A stretch of DNA of 64,000 nucleotides from an uncultured Chloroflexia bacterium (GTDB lineage: Bacteria; Chloroflexota; Limnocylindria; Limnocylindrales; CSP1-4), in contig CAVVNQ010000006.1 of the NCBI GenBank assembly GCA_963749705.1, positions 160,001-224,000 on the forward strand, given 5' to 3'. A program made the translations under genes and the position numbers. Under the pieces are notes generated by a model. The model had not been told where the DNA came from. It saw only the letters and a program-made list of their open reading frames with translations, and ran no database searches. Of this stretch, positions 60,025-64,000 are shown piece after piece. The first letter of the stretch is position 1; every line of letters begins with the position of its first letter.

Positions 60025-60861
60025 GTGACGACTCAGTCGGCGTCAAAGCTCATCGCGACACTCGAGTCCATTGTCGAAGCGCCGGGGACAATCACGGAGG
60101 TCGCGGAGCGCCTCGGTGTCCACAAGTCCAGCGCGCTCCGATACCTCCGATTGCTGGAGGAGCACGACTGGGCTCGACGCGATGCGAGGGGGGTATACCA
60201 CGGTGGTAGCCGGATCATCGAGCTCGGCCAGGCAAGCCTTGATGCGATCGACTTGCGGGTCCTCGCCCATGACACGCTTGCAGCGTTGAACCACACAACC
60301 AAACAGACCATCCACCTGGCGGTGCTCGAGGGCTCAAGGGTCGTCTACGTCGACAAGCACGAGGCGGACAACCCAATCCGGATGTTCTCTCGGATCGGGA
60401 GCGCGGCCGTACTACACGGTACCGGCGTCGGCAAGGCAGTTCTCGCATGGAGTGACTCCGTGACCGTCGATCGTCTCTGCCGGTCGATCGAGTACATCAG
60501 GTATACGGAGAACACGCACACGACGTGGGAGAGTCTCGCTGCCGACCTGGAGGCTTCCCGCGCCCGCGGCTACGCGATCGACGACCGTGAGCACGAGGAA
60601 TACATCCACTGTATCGCGGCGCCGATTCGCGACGGCCGAGGCAGCACGATCGGAGCGATCTCCATCACCGCCGTCTCACTACTGCCACTGGCGGAACTTG
60701 AGGCGTTTGCTCCAGACCTGCTGAAGGCCGCCGCGAAGATCGGTGCGGGTCTTGGGTGGCGAGGAGAGCCAGTCGATGTCCCTAAGCCGATCCCGGCGAC
60801 GGTGATTCCGGACGATGGCGTTCTCCCTGCCCCCGCGGGCGTCGCCATCAGGGGCGCCTAG
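60025..60861 (+). CDS. IclR family transcriptional regulator
   Basis: EVAERLGVHKSSA HTH, TIHLA, HGTGVGKA, CIAAPI. Confidence 0.92.
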   Translation: MTTQSASKLIATLESIVEAPGTITEVAERLGVHKSSALRYLRLLEEHDWARRDARGVYHGGSRIIELGQASLDAIDLRVLAHDTLAALNHTTKQTIHLAVLEGSRVVYVDKHEADNPIRMFSRIGSAAVLHGTGVGKAVLAWSDSVTVDRLCRSIEYIRYTENTHTTWESLAADLEASRARGYAIDDREHEEYIHCIAAPIRDGRGSTIGAISITAVSLLPLAELEAFAPDLLKAAAKIGAGLGWRGEPVDVPKPIPATVIPDDGVLPAPAGVAIRGA

Positions 60862-60929
60862 CTGTCGTTCTCGTTCACATCGTTGACAACGTGAGAGCCC
60901 TCGTGCTCGGTTTGGGGCCCGCTGTCACA

Positions 60930-61270
60930 CGGGTCTGGGGACACGACCGCGCCAGGTGGTCCGGCGCCTTCGGACGTGGTGGACGTTCGACTGGCGGCCG
61001 GCCACTGTGCTCCACGATCCGCCGGACGGTCTTGGGGGTCGTCCCGCACAGGCCGGCGGCAGCCCGATGGCTTCCGAGCTCGCGGTAGGCGGACGTGATG
61101 TCCAGCTGGTTCCGCGCAGACCACACCGTCGGCGTCCCTCAGGTCTGCCGGTGATGGGTTCTGAGCAACCGCATCGTGGCAGTCCCCGGGGGCTCCCGGA
61201 TGGCGCAGCTCAATCGAGCGGTGGGGGAATTCCCGTGGCCGCCAGCGGGACCTTCTCATGGCCGCGGGCA
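60930..61270 (-). mobile_element. IS21-family remnant (left end and IstA N-terminus)
   Basis: End-like TGCCCGCGGCCATGAGAAGGTCCC; SARNQLDITSAYRELGSHRAAAGLCGTTPKTVRR. Confidence 0.75.
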
Positions 61271-61406
61271 CTCGTCGGCATCGATGTCCTGACCGCGTCC
61301 AGAGTGTTGACCGCCCCTGGGCGTGTTCATGCTGATACGTATAGTCGACAGGAATCCGATGACCGTTTGGGGTGACGCTGGACAGGTAAGGCTCACAGGA
61401 GGACGT

Positions 61407-63941
61407 ATGGAGTATTCGTTCGCGCCAGTGAAAGCATCCGCCCTGATCTCGGCGCCTCGCCTGGAACCGCATCCCGCCGTCGCCTTGCACCCAGGCATCG
61501 ACGGAGCTGCCAAGGCCCTTCCCGCCGGTGACCAGACGCTGTGGGGGATCCCGTTCGAGTTTGCTTCCGAGGCAGCGACCCCGCGACAGCGCTGGCTCTC
61601 TCTACCAACGCTGCCCCGCGCCGATGTCGCCATCGATCATGCCCTTGCGGACTGGGTCGTCTTCGCCCACTTTTCGACAGAGCCGCATGCGACGAACGGT
61701 GAAGCTCCAGGTCCGGGAATCCTCAACCCCGGCGCTCGCCTCGCCACCTACTCGCTGGTCTATGCGGACACGGTCGAGCGGAGCGTGCCGATCCGCCGAC
61801 GCTTCGAGATCAATGACGTCGTCATTGGCTGGGGCCAGTCCGCGTTCGCGAGTCTTCCCCATCGCGATTTCCGACCCGGCGAGTGGCGCGGTCCGCACGC
61901 CGCGGGCGAGTGGGCCCTCGATCAGACGGGCGTCCATGGTGGGGACTACGCCGGCGTGGCACGTGGCCAGCCGACGTTTCCTCCGTTCGGCAACTACTGG
62001 CTGTTCGCGCTTAGGAACCCGAGGCCGCGCGTGCCGCTCACCGGTCTACGCCTCGAGGCGGCCACCTCGGACTGGATCGCCATCGGGGCTATCACCCTGA
62101 TCCGGTCAGCAGCGCACCCGCTTCGGCGTGCCCGCCTCCTGAGCCTCGTGGTCGAGTCGGATGCCTCGGATCCCCCGCCGGCGGTCGAAGTCGATCTTGG
62201 CGAGGTCGCGCGCACACTGGATCGCCAACCCACGGATCGGACGTCATGGCTGCGCTCCGCGGTCATCGGGTGGGGAGACGAGCTCGGACAGGGGCCGCGC
62301 ACCGACCGCATCGTCCAGGTCGCGGCTGCTGAGGCTGGAGCCGTCACGGTTGCCGGGGCGAGCGTATCGATCGCTGAACTGGCGCGGCGGCGACACACAC
62401 GGCTATCAAACGGCATCTGGATCGACACGCTCCCCGAGCCATCGCAACTCGTCTCCTTCGAGATTCGCGATGCAGAAACCGGCGCCCTGACGCCGTCGCG
62501 AGTCCACGTTCGGACCAGTCAAGGCATGTACCTGCCTCCGGTCGGTCACCGACAGGAGGTGAATGACCGTTGGTTCGAAGACTTCGGCGCAGATCTCAAG
62601 CTTGGTCAGACGCAGTACGCGTACGTGCCAGGCTCGTTTCAGATCCGCCTTCCGGCCGGCGACGTCTTCCTCGAGGTGGTCAAGGGCTTCGAATATGAGC
62701 CGGTCCGGCTGGTGGTGAGGGCCGGGGCCATCTCCGCCGGCCCGGTGGTCGTCCACCTGAAACGAACGGATGACGTTCGTCGACAGGGTTGGATTGCGGC
62801 CGACACCCATGTGCACTTCCTCTCGCCTGAGACGGCGTGGCTGGAAGGTCAGGCAGAGGGCCTGAGCATCGTGAACCTGCTTGCCGCTCAGTGGGGCGAC
62901 CTGTACACCAATGTCGGTGACGTCACCGGCGAGTTGTCGCCTGTCAGTCGAGACGACACGCTTGTATGGGTTGGGACCGAAAACCGCCAGCACATCCTGG
63001 GGCACCTGTCGCTGCTCGGAACGAACGGGAGGATCACGGCTCCACTCAGTTCGGCCGGCCCGGACGAGTCGTACCTAGGAGACGCGGCCTGGACCAGCCT
63101 CTCGGACTGGGCGGATGACAGTCGAGGGCGTGGCGGCCTGGCCGTCATCCCACATTTCCCAAACCCGTACTGCGAGGCGGTCGCCGACGTCGCCCTCGGA
63201 CGAGTTGACGCCCTGGAGATCCGCGACTTCTGGTCGGGTGTCGACACCAACGCCACGCGCGAGTGGTATCGCCTGCTCAACTGCGGCCTGCGCGTTCCCA
63301 TCGTCGGTGGTACCGACAAGATGAGTGCCGGCATGCCCATCGGGGGTTTGCGGACATACGCGCAGGTGGGCGCCGGCCCGACTTCCTGGGAGAGCTGGAC
63401 CGACGCCGTGCGGGCCGGTCGAACGTCCACCTCCAGCGGGCCGTTCATAAACCTGTCAGTGGAGGGCCGCGGACTCGGCGACGAGATCGCGATCGGACGG
63501 GGAGCGAGCATTGACGTGCATGCGACGGCTCGCTGCATGGCACCCCTCGACCGCCTGGAGCTCGTCTACAACGGGAAGGTGGTCGAGGCGACCACCGAGC
63601 CCCGCGGCAATCGGTTCCTGGAACTCAAGACGACGATCCGGGTCTCGCGCGGTGGCTGGATCGCTGCGCGCGCGTCGAGCCCATTCGTCGCCCAGCATGC
63701 GTGGCCGGTCCAGATGGCCGCCCACACGTCGCCCATCTACCTTGTTGGCGATCGTCGCGTCGCAGCGCGCGAGGACATCGCCTATCTCCGAACGATCGTC
63801 GCCGGCGGCCTCACTTGGCTGGACACCTTGGCGACAAGAGGTGATCGCTCGTCCCAGCGCCGGATCAGAACGGTCTTCACGTCCGCCGACCGCGAACTCC
63901 GCGACCTTGCCCGCCGAAACACATCGCGCGCCGGCGAATGA
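61407..63941 (+). CDS. CehA/McbA family metallohydrolase
   Basis: AGGAGG SD; DTHVHFLSP, VNLLAAQWG, ENRQHILGH, WYRLLNCG, GGTDKMS, AHTSPIY. Confidence 0.85.
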   Translation: MEYSFAPVKASALISAPRLEPHPAVALHPGIDGAAKALPAGDQTLWGIPFEFASEAATPRQRWLSLPTLPRADVAIDHALADWVVFAHFSTEPHATNGEAPGPGILNPGARLATYSLVYADTVERSVPIRRRFEINDVVIGWGQSAFASLPHRDFRPGEWRGPHAAGEWALDQTGVHGGDYAGVARGQPTFPPFGNYWLFALRNPRPRVPLTGLRLEAATSDWIAIGAITLIRSAAHPLRRARLLSLVVESDASDPPPAVEVDLGEVARTLDRQPTDRTSWLRSAVIGWGDELGQGPRTDRIVQVAAAEAGAVTVAGASVSIAELARRRHTRLSNGIWIDTLPEPSQLVSFEIRDAETGALTPSRVHVRTSQGMYLPPVGHRQEVNDRWFEDFGADLKLGQTQYAYVPGSFQIRLPAGDVFLEVVKGFEYEPVRLVVRAGAISAGPVVVHLKRTDDVRRQGWIAADTHVHFLSPETAWLEGQAEGLSIVNLLAAQWGDLYTNVGDVTGELSPVSRDDTLVWVGTENRQHILGHLSLLGTNGRITAPLSSAGPDESYLGDAAWTSLSDWADDSRGRGGLAVIPHFPNPYCEAVADVALGRVDALEIRDFWSGVDTNATREWYRLLNCGLRVPIVGGTDKMSAGMPIGGLRTYAQVGAGPTSWESWTDAVRAGRTSTSSGPFINLSVEGRGLGDEIAIGRGASIDVHATARCMAPLDRLELVYNGKVVEATTEPRGNRFLELKTTIRVSRGGWIAARASSPFVAQHAWPVQMAAHTSPIYLVGDRRVAAREDIAYLRTIVAGGLTWLDTLATRGDRSSQRRIRTVFTSADRELRDLARRNTSRAGE

Positions 63942-64000
63942 TCGCCGAATGAGTATTGATCACCGCGCGCGAGCTCAGCGTCGGGGCCGACGCTCGAATA

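Noticed and set aside
63942-64000. Start of the next gene
   Set aside because: Too short to assign frame or product

Overview
High-GC bacterial window. Gene style suggests Chloroflexota (Limnocylindria-like) or Actinomycetota, but the sequence alone cannot confirm this. Bases 1-13.1 kb look like core genome: an ABC-2 exporter, a TPP-riboswitch-controlled NMT1/THI5 transporter, hydrolases, an AcuI/YhdH reductase, a mycobacterial-PhoPR-like two-component system with TCACAGC-N4-TCACAGC boxes, metY-metX and tRNA-Gln(CTG). metY-metX is preceded by what looks like a ribosome-dependent attenuator: a 28-aa leader containing Met-Cys-Met, an antiterminator and a terminator. Directly after the tRNA lie two convergent paralogous tyrosine recombinases and an AAA ATPase, preceded by a 32-bp-spaced pair of NrdR-box-like motifs. 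The remaining ~47 kb is a visibly less GC-rich catabolic island. It carries sugar-acid/Entner-Doudoroff enzymes, a molybdo-hydroxylase, hydantoinase/DUF917, a sugar ABC system and a CehA/McbA-type hydrolase, plus remnants of IS256, IS1380, IS21, IS30 and IS3, gene fragments, and an 84-bp copy of part of the second integrase. All annotation comes from reading motifs by eye; no database searches were run.
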